Source: Glycera tridactyla
Lineage: Eukaryota
DNA: 64,000 bases
NCBI GenBank assembly: GCA_965644265.1
Contig: OZ286462.1
Coordinates: forward strand, 38,192,001-38,256,000
Direction: 5' to 3'
A program made the translations under genes and the position numbers. The notes beneath the pieces are model-generated. The model did no database searches. It worked only from the letters and a program-made list of their open reading frames with translations, and was not told the DNA's origin. This document shows positions 1 through 13,400 of this stretch, piece by piece (positions within the stretch are counted from its first letter, which is position 1; every line of letters starts with the position of its first letter).

Positions 1-37
1 TGTTGGTATTCCGTAGTAATACAGAAACTAGTCCTAC

Positions 38-289
38 CTCCAGCTCCATCTGGGTGAGAGGTGTAACCGGTGGTATGGCGGATGGTGGATTGGTGGCGCT
101 CCGGGCCTGAGCAGCAAGATTGTTGGCAGATGGCGCTGCAGTGTAGCGAGGCGTCTTCGTGGGAGATGCCGTATAACGTGGATAATCCCAAGGTTGAACC
201 CACGGTGCCTTCACTCTCTCATCCTCGGACTGTGACCGTATGGGAGATGTCGTCTGACTGGATGGTGCACTTCCGCGACTGCGTGGATC
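38..289 (-). CDS. Internal coding exon, Ser/Pro/Thr-rich (DPRSRGSAPSSQTTSP...PWVQPWDYPRY...PVTPLTQMELE); probable protocadherin cytoplasmic exon
   Basis: Acceptor ccacctttttgatttcag|GAT at 289 and donor GAG|GTAGGA at 38. 252 nt, open only in phase 0-0, GC/CpG-rich like the Pcdh exons. Assignment to the protocadherin is inferred from phase and composition only. Confidence 0.7.
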
Positions 290-2884
290 CTGAAATCAAA
301 AAGGTGGAAGCACATGAATATTTATGAATCTGGACATGAAATCATGATTTCCATATGATGTGGTCCCAATTCTTCCAGATTTTCGAAAATGAGAAAGTCA
401 GGCTGAATGAGTACAGTTGACAAGTGGACAGCTCCTTGATTGGATGAATGGAAACCTGTTTCTCAGGCTGAGTTCTTGCCCAGGTCAAATCCTGCATTAT
501 ATAATTTTCACCAAGGCAACAAATATAAAACTCATTGTTCGGAGAGTCTTTCTCTCAAAGCTTTCAGAATTGTTTTGAAATGTCTACAGTGTGAGTCATG
601 CCTGTCCAGTCTTCACTGGTGTGGATCTCTCTCTCCTTCTCAGCCCTCCCACCCTCCCTCCCTCCCTCTCTCTCTCACTCTCTTTCTCGAGACTTCAAAT
701 TGGATCCATCTTTAACTCTTCAGTTTATTCTATAAGCCACCTCTTGACCAATCCCTTGGCTTATCGCATCAAAACTCAATGTGTGCACAGAATGATAGGG
801 GAGAATTTCCACTCAATCTGAATACACTCGAATGAGAGCAGCCGCTTGCAACTGATTTTTTTCAGGGGAAATCATGAAATAATTCCAGTGAAGTACGATC
901 AAGTTGCATATCTGATTAGTAGGCAACAATCAAGCTACCAATCATCAGTGGCATCTGGTGGTGGGATAGAGTACTGCAAGGTTAGTTTTATTCAACCAAA
1001 ATACTACATTGATATGAATGAGGTTTTTTTTCAGTGATCCCGATCAATAGGCATTCATCTAGTTTATAGGCTGTTTGGAGGTTATACTAAATAACCCAAA
1101 TGTTGAGGTTATGATAAATGACCTAAATGTACAGTCTGCAACCCTGACCACTAGCCTGGTGCCCAACACCAGGAGAAATCAGGTCAGGGGCCCAGATCAC
1201 CAATGGTGCACATATACTTGAAAGGACATTTTACTCTCAGTCACCGTTGTATTCTCGACCTATAACAGTCTGGCAGGCTAATTGGGGAAAAAGAATTCCA
1301 CATCAAAGTTACCACAATTGATGAAAGAATATGGATAATTTTGGAAAGCTTCTCGATTTCTAAATTGATTGAGACTGAGATATGTTCATTTATAAATGTC
1401 ACGGATATACATCGGTGAAAATACAGATAATTAAGTTTATCTGTGGCACAAAGACCATGGCCTGCACACAGATTGATGTTGGTAGTTCTGGTGTCATATA
1501 ACACATTCAATAGTATTATGGGCTTCCTACATTCCGAGAAAACTCCACATTCATAGCTGAAAACACCAAACAGAATCAGCAATTTTCTTAATGATTCAAT
1601 CTGAGCCCAATATTTGTATGCGTTTGTGACATGTTGGTCACAGAGAGAGGGCACATGGCTGATGTACACTGATATATCCCTCATAAATGAATGACATGCC
1701 TAATCAAAGACCAATGTATGACAAATGTTGTGGTCTTACTCTCTGTTGGATATGCTCCATGAGGTCATTCCTGCCTCTGGGAAGTGCGTGTGTGTGTGTG
1801 GGGGGGGGGGTGCATGTGCATGCATGTGTGTTGGACAGGTGTTTTTTGAACTTGTTGGGTGCAATCTTGATCGGCACTCTGGTGGGAGAAGTTTGAGTCT
1901 GTGATTCCCTGTTCCACCACCAGATGCCAGTGATGAGTAGAAAACGCCAATTGTTGTTTCAGTTCTGACCATCATCATAGGAGTGATAGTTGCAACTGCT
2001 GATAGAGACAGACAGATGGATGAACAGATGGACAGATGGACCGACAGACTCTGTAGTAAGCCTAAGTTTTTGAGTAGTTAACCTACTTTGTCTCTCACTG
2101 TCAGAGTCAGTGCTATCCAGCCAAGCTGTCTGCCTGTCAAACCAAAACCATCATGCTCTATTTTTCTCCACTGCAACAAACCAACCAATTGATGCCCCTT
2201 AATCTATCCATAAATCCAACCATCCATCCAACCATGTATCCATCCATCCAGCCTGCCACTCACACAATGTAATTCTTGTAGAACATCGAAATGAGTTAGG
2301 ATAGCACACAAGATTGTCATCCTATTATAATGGTACCCAGGTGAGTCTCAGCTGGGTTAAAGACCTGCATCTCCCCCCCCCCCCCCCCCCCACACACACA
2401 CACATGCACTCACACACATTTACCCACACTGAATAACATCAACCAACTTAGACGAATTGTGATTACTCTTTTTATTAAAGAAACACTCCATAGAGAGCTT
2501 TCACAAAACAAACAGAAACACATATATTTACTGATCAGTGGTCATTATATTCATATGATGAACAGAATTTTCAGATCAACGACAGGCATAAAAAACACAC
2601 ATCAGTAGCCTAAGGCTACCCCAAAATGGCAGTGCATGAGGACCAACAATATATATGCTGAACCCATATTCAATGTATGTATTGTCTATGACACGCGTGA
2701 TGGAAGACCTGGCCAAGTGGCAACCAAAAATGGTATCACAAAACAGATAGCCTCCCGCCAGATGTACTGTATATTTGACAATGCATGATAAAACTGCCTT
2801 CTTTGAAGATGGGTCGCACAAAACAGTTTGTCTTCTCAAAGGATCATTTAATGAGTATTCTTATGCATGTGAGCATAAAATTTG

Positions 2885-2887
<3 letters not shown>

Positions 2888-2968
<81 letters not shown>
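2888..2968. repeat. (TG)n + (GCGT)n microsatellite
   Basis: Seen directly. Confidence 0.98.
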
Positions 2969-3119
2969 ATGTAGAGTGAAACCTGTGATGAGCGAGCCCC
3001 GTTGAGATCCTCACTTGTTTTGCAAGACCACAAGTTCAGAACTTGATTTTCTATTTGACAAAGTCAAACATACTGGTACACCCAACAAAAGGATACCTGT
3101 CATGATGGATCTGGGGTGG

Positions 3120-3254
3120 NNNNNNNNNNNNNNNNNNNNNNNNNNNNNNNNNNNNNNNNNNNNNNNNNNNNNNNNNNNNNNNNNNNNNNNNNNNNNNNNN
3201 NNNNNNNNNNNNNNNNNNNNNNNNNNNNNNNNNNNNNNNNNNNNNNNNNNNNNN
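3120..3254. other. Assembly gap (135 N)
   Basis: N run. Confidence 1.
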
Positions 3255-4148
3255 GCATATCATGGATGTTGCAAGTGTCACGGTCATGATAAACATCCAG
3301 TCATTGAATTGGTTAAAAAAATCCATCACAACCAAAATTATATATGTTAAATGGACATAAGTGAATACCACACTGGAAGGTGCAATAATTAACAAGTGTT
3401 AATTTCACACCAAGAAATTCACACAAGTATGTATATTAGTACACAGAACATGTAACAGCCAGTACCCCCTTATCCTTGAACCTACTAAAAACACAAACAT
3501 AAACAAGAACCCACAAATATTGTGCGGCCACCTTGAATAGCATCATAGGCACGAGCATGACTGCAACAATACAGGAATGGAGACCTTAATAAGTTGATCC
3601 ACTCAGAGAACTGGGTATGCAGTATATATGGATCTGAATATACTTGAACATTGCTAGGACATGTCCCCTAAGATCATACAAGGCCTAGCAAAATTGCACT
3701 GAAATCAGATTACTTTAAAAGTCTTTATGAATGCTTTATATTGCTTTATCAGCTGACCAGAATCAGAAATATTAGAAACTAGCCAGAATGGCAAACAATG
3801 ATAAGTAGAATCAATTCACTAGTTGGATCATCAGTTCGAGTCATTTACAAGAATTGAAATCAACACCTTGAAATATTTATTGAACCGTGTGCAAATTGTC
3901 TTTTCTATATTCTATTCAATTGCTATGATATTCTCGGTTCAAAAAAGTAAGAATAATTCTAGCCCCATACCAGATGGAGGAATTATTTGACACTTCAGTG
4001 TCAATGTAACATCTCTCAACCATGAGGCTGGCCCCATAAATTTACACTCCTGGACAGGCAGTTCCAGCATGAATCTTTCCTTTCTTCTCGAACACAACCC
4101 AGAATACCAGATCAACAACATGGACAAACAAGTGCGCCGAGAGATCTC

Positions 4149-4190
4149 TGAGAGGAAGAGAGAGAGAGAAAGGGAGAGAGAGAGAGAGAG
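4149..4190. repeat. (AG)n tract
   Basis: Seen directly. Confidence 0.95.
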
Positions 4191-4229
4191 TCAGAATCAG
4201 GTTACTAAAGCCAGGTAGGTGTGTGGTCA

Positions 4230-4700
4230 AATCATACGTAAAAAGAATCAGTCGAACCGTCGTAATTTGTGCTCTCCACCTCTGCTCGAGTGCTGATCTG
4301 ATTGGCTGGTTTTACACATGCTATCTACAACTTCATTCATGAATCGGCGCAGTGATCCACCAAACCTGGTAATGAGGTGCGAGCAAAAAGCACTACTTTA
4401 CTCCCCTACAAACGATCATATCGAGATTTATGCATACAGATAAGACAAACGGATGTCGAGGAATCCATTCAGAAGATCGTTTCAACTGTGTGTTTGATAT
4501 TTCTCCATGAAACCTGGTAATGAGGTACGAACAAGAAGCACTACTTTTTTAAGTGGGCGTTCCCAAATAGCTTGATTGACAGGCATTTACTGTTTGTGCG
4601 TAGCTATACATCTCTTAGCGGTGGTATCTGTGTGCTTCGGTGATTGGCCACAAAAACGAGTATTGAGGGAATTTCTTATTGCGTGATCGCTACATTTCCT
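4230..4700. promoter_or_regulatory. CpG-containing promoter-like segment with two ATTGG (CCAAT) boxes and a 38-bp direct repeat
   Basis: ATTGG at 4301 and 4643. Repeat aaacctggtaatgaggt.cga.caa.aagcactacttt at 4362-4399 and 4510-4547. Local CpG density is higher than in the flanks. Confidence 0.3.
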
Positions 4701-7239
4701 CAAATTGCCATTCATCAGATCAGTGAATCATCTTAAAATTGTGTCAGGTTACATCATATGTACCTTTCACACATCTACGATCATGATTCACTTGAAGATA
4801 TCAGCCTCGAGAGTCAGAATCGACATAAAAAGGCATTTCAAGGAGAGAGGTGGTAGCATGGTGATCTCCAACGGAGATCACAAAAACTACCTATCACCAT
4901 CATTCTCCACAGCCGAATGCCCACAGACACATGGGTCAAGCCAAGCTGTGACATTGATAGGCGCTACTCATTTCCATGACTCACTCATACTTTTCCATCA
5001 CTTTTGCTTTTCCTAACCTACCCCTACTATGAACAGCTACTGTATTGCACGAATGTATGTTCAGATATTTGTTCCATAGATCATTTACAAGCTTCCAGCA
5101 GAAAACATGATTTCAATCAAGACTTTCAATCAATGTACAAAAGTAAAATTCTTGCCTCACATAATAATAAGACCCAAGACCTTCATTTGACATTGGTGGT
5201 GAGAAAAATGAAGCTTCAGGAATTACTCATTTCCCAACCGAGAAGTCTCCCACATATCATATTCATCATATGCACAAGCAGAATATAACAATAATATATG
5301 AACAAAGCAATGTAAAAAAGAAGAAGCTGAAAATTATCTACAATCAGCAGTGATATTCACAACTTTTGTGCTTTCTCTTCTATGAAGTAGCATTCAAATA
5401 ATATACTCCCTCATTTTGAACAGTCTGTGTCAATGAAACTATGAGAGTATACAGAGAATTCAACCCCATACCTACCATGACACATCCAAAAATAATATAC
5501 ACATATTTCATAAGATCTTCCTCATGTCAGTTGCATTACGTAACCTTCAGGTTTAACATCACGTCAGCTCCATTTGTGCTATGTTGAGACGCACATGCAA
5601 TGGGCATGAGTGGGATCATTCAAGACCCCTCCTTCTGGGTCACTAACAGAAGGCGGATAGAAATTATGAAATTCAGACACTGGCAGTCTGATTTCAGGGT
5701 TTCTCCATTCAGGAGAAAGTTGATTACTCTCAAAAGACCTTATACATTACATCAATAAGGATACATTTTATTGCAATTATGGAAATATATATGTATATAC
5801 ATTACTTATAAACTAACAATAGAAGCAAAAACATGTAAAGCTATGATTGCACTAGTTTCTCAGATCTGCAGATTCATCACAAAACCCCAATCATTCACTC
5901 CAACACAATGCATTGATTATGATAAATTACATGAGGGCAGTAAGTAACATTTTGGATGATAAGGCTCATCATTCATATAGCACCTGCTTTGAATCTAAAC
6001 ATACGTTGACATTGTGAAACATACGGCACATATTTGTGTGATGTTGTGGAAATATTGGAATAAAACAACTTTCAATTACCATATTTTATCGCCATACCAT
6101 ATCATTTCATGAGAAACTGCATAGTCCCAGCCAACCCTATTAGACATTGAATGTTACCAAACCATATCAAGTCAACACAGAACATTTTCATGTCGTTCAT
6201 TATTTGACACTTCCAGATTGACTCTGTTATGGCCACTCAATCATTTACCATCTTCACATGGTGCGTGACATAATATGTTGACCCTAGAATATTACACATG
6301 AGATAAAGAGTCGTCCTCTCTCATGTGTGTAAGAATTTATTGGGATGAAATTCCTGATCGGTTCCATCAGGGTCCAGAGCAGGGATCAACAGTTGTTATT
6401 CGGCTTGAGTATCATAAACAAAAAGAGTGCAAATACATCTCAGATCACCAATTATCCACTGAGGACTCATAGCAGGAAGAGTGGTTGTTTAATGTATCTT
6501 TTTCCTCTTCTACAGTAAAGTTCCCCCACATATACTATGTGGTCTCGAATTTCTGAAACCATGCTCTGGTTGTGCATTTCATGTTTTGATTTATGATGCA
6601 TGCTCACTCATTGACATGCAGGAAATGCTTGCCAATGCACAAGCAAGCTGGGAGGAGTGAACACACTCGAAAACGACACTGCTTATGCTTTCTACAAATA
6701 CTTGTAATCAACACACACTATCCATGGTCTATATACAATAATACTCAACCTGCCATATAAAAGAGCATCATTCTGATCACATGATAGTATACAATTCATT
6801 TCAGCTGCCTAAGAAAAGCACCATCAGATATGATATGTCTCATATAATATAGCAGTTCATGCCTTGCAAGCAGTAGTCCATTAAATCCTGGAATAAGTGA
6901 ATGATCACTGACCAATTGATCAATCATATATAAAAGCAGATGTACATCAGTAATGGAGTTCAAATGCTGGCCATTTCCACTGATATTAAGATAAGACTAA
7001 GCCAATGAAAGGTGAGAAGTGTGATACATAGGCAAGCATAGAGTAGCACCTATTCAAAAATGTGGTGAAGATATGTCTGTCCATCATATTCAATCAAATT
7101 TGGAATTTTGATGGATCACTCGACGATACCATATCCCTTTCCATCTCATTGTAAACCTATACAAAAATAAGTATAATGACCCAAAATTCAAGCTTCATAA
7201 GAGCTCAACACTACATGAAGTCCTAGGTGATATATATCA

Positions 7240-7481
7240 CTACACCGCGCCAAAATGTTCGGTAGAGAATGCAAGATCAAAGATGCTGTACAACTGCTCC
7301 TGGTCGCGATTCAGATTGAGTGGAAGTCGGAGCTGGTTGATGCAAGTGTTGCTGCTGGGCATTGCCATGCCCTCTTCAAATATTATACATGGAGGACAGG
7401 TAAATCCAAGTACTGGCTCCGACTCACTGCCAGTTGCCAACAGAAGAATCTTCTCCAGGTTTATATCTCCTCTCTTACCAC
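7240..7481 (-). CDS. HECT unit terminal exon: C-lobe with catalytic Cys (SNTC) and stop
   Basis: Acceptor tctgtttattgcag|GT. Encodes ILLLATGSESEPVLGF...PSSNTCINQLRLP...EHFGAV*. AATAAA occurs downstream on the minus strand at about 6336-6341 and 5767-5772. Confidence 0.92.
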
Positions 7482-10400
7482 CTGCAATAAACAGAATGAA
7501 ACCAATCAACATTTGTCAGAGCGAGTAATTCATAGGGATCAGGTCATTCAAATACCCAATATGCTGAATACAAAGTGGAATTCTGGTCCATCTCTGATTA
7601 GAAAATGGCAAATAAAGTAGTCAACTGGATGGCAGCAGACAAATACATACAAAGTAGCGGCAAATACTTTTTGTCAGTGATTGCTGGTTTGATAACATGG
7701 GAGAATCCAGACTCTTACATCTTTCCAAATATAGTTTCAGCAACAATACATGTGGTTTTCCATCAATGACTGGTTTATTGGATGGTTTGCTATCTCATGA
7801 GCAACAGCGAGCTATATTGTGATGACGAAGAAATAAGCATGAGAGGGGCATTCAAAAATACTCCTTCTGACCCCAAATAGAAGGTGATATATGAATATCA
7901 CCAACACTTGATTTTTCATTTTCAATATGCATCACTAAGGCAAGCTTTGATGATTTCCTCAGAATGAAAGCTGAAATTGCTCACTAGTGCATGAATCCAC
8001 ACTATTTTAATGCATTCCTTGGAGATCAGCATATGAGTTATATTCCAAAACATCATGTTTTCCATCCATGAACATATGCTGCTGAGTGATCTGCTTCCAA
8101 AAGGATGTCGTATGAAATTGACATGAAGGAGTTTACCAAGTGACTATTTTCTGTTCAGAATATTTATTTCTATGCATCTACTTACATGTGTATTGTGAAT
8201 GTATGATACACATGCCATTCCATTGTGTGATTCACCCCATTTCAAAAGGCTGAGTTAGATCCATAATGAGGGCGTGAAACAAAAACCCCAGCTTACCTTG
8301 CACATCCTTGATGTACTGAAGGAAGAATTTGTAGGAAGCTTCCTCTTTCTGTCTTTTGTTATTACCATGCTCCGAGAACTTGGGTTTCAGTAGATGAAGT
8401 AGTTTATTCCTTGATAATGGCTGAGCAGCTGTCCTGATCAACAGGAACTCCAGTACCGGTCTTTCATTCAATAACTACAACAAACCAAGAGTGGGGATTA
8501 CAATAAACTGATACACTCAAATTGAGAAAGCAAACAACAGAATACAATATATTCAATACTAAAGTAATGAATCCATGGTGACAGGGTTTCTTCATTGATA
8601 CATATCAGCATTTGCATGTGACATATAATTCATAAAATTCTAGCAATAGAAGATTGGTTATGCAATATTAGTATGGAATTACAAGTTGAAGGATGACAGA
8701 ATGGAAGCAAAGTTAATCGCGGCCTATGTCCTTCTTTGGAATCTACCAATCACAATATTCTAATCAATGAAAAGACATTTGACAGAGTTGTGGATTCCAC
8801 AAATGCTAGTCTATAATTGTGAGATAAAACACAATGTGGGTGCCAACCAATTTGTCTTGAAAAAGTCTTATCTCTCATTAAATTCCAGCTATTTTAATTC
8901 AATCTGTCTACATTATTTAGGATGAAACTGATACCCCAATTGCATTTTCATATGAGTGCTGAGACAGTTAGGAGAAATATTCATTACCTGGATGATGCCG
9001 AGTTCATTGAGGCCCTCATGTAGCTGCATCTCTGCTGGACTGAGTTCAACAGTCAATGGGTTTCGAAGTCGTTTGATCAGATTTTGGCTCAGGAAGCATG
9101 GCAGTGGTCCATTTTGCAGAATGCTTGCAGCTGTGAACAAAGGCACATACAGCATATCAGTCATTTTTCTCTTGCACAATCTTGAAACAGCATTTCATGT
9201 GATGATGAGTATTTTAGACTGAATAATATTCCATTCTTTTTTTCTCTGGCTGCAAACCTTCATTAAATTCTCATTCTACCAATACAAATATCAACTTCTT
9301 GAATGCTCATCTAATTCAGCACATTTGTCGTACTTCCATCTCCGAATTTCTGAGGAGAGAATATTTTTGTGAGTTATTAACAATGATTTAGTCCAGCTTC
9401 TCTAGCCCATTCTCTAAATAACTCTTCAGAATAAAGTGGGTTTCACCTTGAAGGAATACATAACCGGACCATACTACTTTCTTGCAATGATTTATCATGA
9501 ACAGAGGGGAGATTAGTAACTAGATATGATGATGGCAAATTGCCATCAAAATTTTTAGGAAATATTTGGCTATTGCTTGGAAAGAGAGTCACAAGTGTCT
9601 GCTCAATCAAAAAATCTGATTATGGATTTTAGATAAGACACAATTTGGTGTAAGAATAAGGTACACTTTTATCCAGTGTGGTTCACGATGGATACTTACC
9701 CATGAGTCTCCCCGCAGCATAATAGTGTCGTTTTTGAAGGCTACCTGGATTATCACAAAGTGTGTACCCTTCATCCCCTTCAATGAACAGTCTCTCTTGA
9801 ATGGCTTTCAGAACCAGATGAAGGAATTCACGGCGAGGCCCACCATAATCAGCTGCTTCCTCTCCATAAAATATGACCTCTAGTGGTACACGTAAGTTAA
9901 TCTCCTGCTGCGTGAATTCATCCATTGCATCCTCAAATATACGATATCGGGAGACCCGAAGCTGAGACGTCTCACCCTCAATACTTGAGGAGTCATCAGA
10001 CAAGTCCAAAGGACGTCCCATCATGATTTTTTGCTGATATATGCGAAGAATTTCAACTGGATCATGTATTTTCTTTGTTTCTTGCACTGTCTCTGCCACA
10101 CACATGAGGACAGATCGTAAGTTCAAGCTGCTGCTCGAGGATGTATGGGACACATTTGAAGGAAAGTCACTCTTAATCATCTTGGGGCTGGAAGATGGTG
10201 ATGATCGTGGACTGTGAACATCGGGTATTGGAGCCAGACTAAAGGATGTATCTCTTGGCAGGTTTGGTGAGGTAGAGCCAGATGACACTCCTGTGTCGGA
10301 ATCTGGAATCCTCTGATCACTTGACACCAAACTGAGTGATGATACCTCAGAGATTGTTTGTGACCTTTCAAAGAAACCCTCCGATAATCCTGTATCAGAG

Positions 10401-13400
10401 TCCACCAAACTTCTACGGTGCAAGGATGTGTGTGAGTTGGTTGGTGTCCTCTCATTTTGACCACCTGGCACTCCATTAGTATATCGAGAAACTCTACTGG
10501 GCGGTCGCCGGATAGGATGGAATGTTCGCAGTAAACTGTGTGGATTTATGACTTCAGAGTCAGAAATACAGTTAGAATTACTTGCAGTCCGAAACACCCC
10601 AGTATCTGAATTTCGGTAGGAAGGACCCCGGGTGGGTGAGAGCACCAAATCAGAGTTGCGACGTGGACCATATCCAGAGTTTCTAGGAGGAGGCCGCCTA
10701 TACACAGGACGATTCTGCCTTCCAAACTGAGTGACAACTGGTATGTTTGAATTATCCGTATCAGCATCAGACTCTGTCATACTGGAATCGACTGGAACAA
10801 TGCTCGGCTGACTCATATATGAGCTGCTAGAGTCGAAACTAGCGTTGATCATCCCAGGATTGGATGACGTCATACGGTGGCTGTCATAACTGATGGTTGT
10901 CATTGGCATCATCAGTGATGATGCTCGACTGATGGCTAGGGATGATGAACGACTCGGGGCATTCGGTCGCCCTGACTGATGGACAGCCATCATAGGAAGC
11001 TCCTGAAACAGGGGAAGATCAAATTAAATCTCAATTTTTCAATATCATATGAGTAATAATAAATGTGATCAGTACCCAATTTGATTAGTCCAAACGGGAT
11101 GGTACAAATTATATTCACTAATAATTGTGTGGAAATCTAACCAATGGCTTGAACACAATACGATCAAATGATCACATGGGTCAATGCATCGGCACACAAA
11201 ACAGCTTGTTACCACACAGGCAAGGCAGTTGATGCCATCCTGGCAGTTGATGCCATCCTGGAGATCCAGGTTATAAATCACAAGAATTCAGAAAATTTCT
11301 GAGAATGCAACTTGAGCATCCACAGGTGTGTCATGAAACACAATTTCATTCCAAACAAGATTGATATTGTACATCTTCATACAATCTCTACAGCAAACTC
11401 TTCCTTTTTTTCTGGCTCTCCCTCTGATATAAAGGTGAAAAAGCATGAATCACATGGAAGTGTCGAGCTGATCATGAATACCATAAATTTGATGGTTCCA
11501 CCTTAAGCGATATCCAATGAAAACACTTGGGGGCACATCATTTCTGTCAATGTCACATGACAAGCGAAGGTGAGTTATGAAAGCTGTCATTCACACCAAA
11601 TTTGATGCTGGTTTTTAGTGAAACTCTTCTGTGAATGGTTGCTCTTTATTCACCTTGAATTGATTTGCTTGTCTAAGACTTGACACATCATCCTTAACTG
11701 AGTTCACTGATAATATCCATGAAAAAAGACCGCCTTCAGTAGCTTAGAGATTTGCCTTTATAGGGATGTGGTCTTTATGAAGAGGTCATTTACTGTTCAA
11801 AATACAACTATGGTCACAGATCAGCTTTATAGAGAGGTGGTCTTCAGAGCAGGTTTGACTGTACTTTACAACTTCATGACATTTTCCCCCCAAATAATTT
11901 CTTGAATTTGAATATCTGCTTCCATTATCTGAATACCATTAAGTCACCGGTGTGGCCCTTGCTTCTATAGAATTCATCAGATCCTAATTGTTTTGCCATA
12001 GTGAAATATTCACCCTGGAGTCACTCACCATATTATGGCTGGGTATACAGTCCTGTAGATGTTTCCTGAGTGAATCAGAGGGCACATTGACACCACAGTG
12101 GAAGCATGGCTTCATCTCAAGAATCGACTCTGAGCTCAGCTCTTCATCCATAGCAAGGTCCTTCTCCTTTGGACGGATGTAGACTGTCCCAGCTGGCAAA
12201 AGTCGCAGTTCTTCTGCTGATAGACAGCCATCATACACAAACTTGAGATCGGGGTTCTCCGAGTTGTTATCTTTTGCCAGAATCACTATACCTCCTCCTT
12301 CTTGCATCTTGGGAAAATGCCTGAAGAAAAAAATGAAAATCGAATAAATTTCAATGAAAACATTTATGATGTTGTGTACCTGCATTTTTATCATTAATCC
12401 CAAATCATCAAAGAAAGGAGAACATTCTCTTGCAGCAGCTTTTACTCCTTGGAGAAGTACAATACATGTGGGAGACTGTCACCATCTCATTTGAGAGACA
12501 GCTTTGTGGTCTCTCATTACAGGTTTTACTGCATAAATCAAATAGAAAGAAATCATGTCAAGAACCAAATGGTATGCATCCACTGTCACCTCTCACAAAA
12601 GCAATGAAAATGCTATGAAGATTTCTTTCACAAGAACAAGTGCTTATTCATCATGGATCTGGATTAAAACCATCACTCACAGTGTAGTTTTCGGCAGAGA
12701 AGTGCTTCTTCATTTCTCTCTCCTAATTTTGCTTTCCCACTCAAATTACCATTTCTATACAATTACCTTACATGACCCTGCATACTGACAGCTCAACACA
12801 TGAGCATCTATCATGTTAGTGCCCTCTAGCATCTCAAACAATGTCCTACATGGGGCCATTATGGTTGCAGCAGGTTTGGAAGACATCTGGAGGCAAACAC
12901 ATGTACTACTGGGCTTGGTCTTGCAGTGAGTGCATGTCCACAGATCAAGGTGTTATTGCATCTCTATTTCTGCACATCCCAAGCAACATCCATGAATCAA
13001 ATTGAATATTTTGGATATTTGAAGGTACATAATTCAACTATTGAAAGTATGAAATTCCTCTCTACTCTAGATGCCAACCATAAGTGGTCTCTCTACAAAA
13101 AGTGGTTCTCAAAAGAGTACAGACTCCCCAAAAAGGTTATAATGAACCATCCTTGAGTATGAAAATACAGTCACAATTTCTATTCAGCAGCATGCAATGT
13201 TTTTGTTGTTTTTGTCACTGCAAAAATATCTATAATAAATTCAGGGATGTGATTAATTAAAACCAAAACCCTGAAAACCTGACTGGAGGAACTTTCTATC
13301 AAGATTTTATGGGCCAAGAAACACCAGCAACTGCCAACAAATGGCTACGATTGATTTATCTCCACTAATTCTGGTTCAATTTCCAAGTCCACAATAATCA

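Noticed and set aside
70-327. Plus-strand 85-aa ORF
   Set aside because: It is the antisense shadow of the minus-strand exon 38-289, which has proper splice sites.
1241-1684. 147-aa minus-strand ORF with a CAGHGLC stretch
   Set aside because: No recognisable domain or splice sites. A rough estimate says about one ORF this long is expected by chance in 64 kb at this composition.
2282-2340. Plus-strand ag...CAG|GTGAGT mini-exon
   Set aside because: It is isolated with no partner exons or ORF, and is likely chance.
9450-9615. About 56-codon phase-1 open frame inside HECT intron 4
   Set aside because: The acceptor lacks a polypyrimidine tract, the frame ends in a stop, and there is no HECT similarity.
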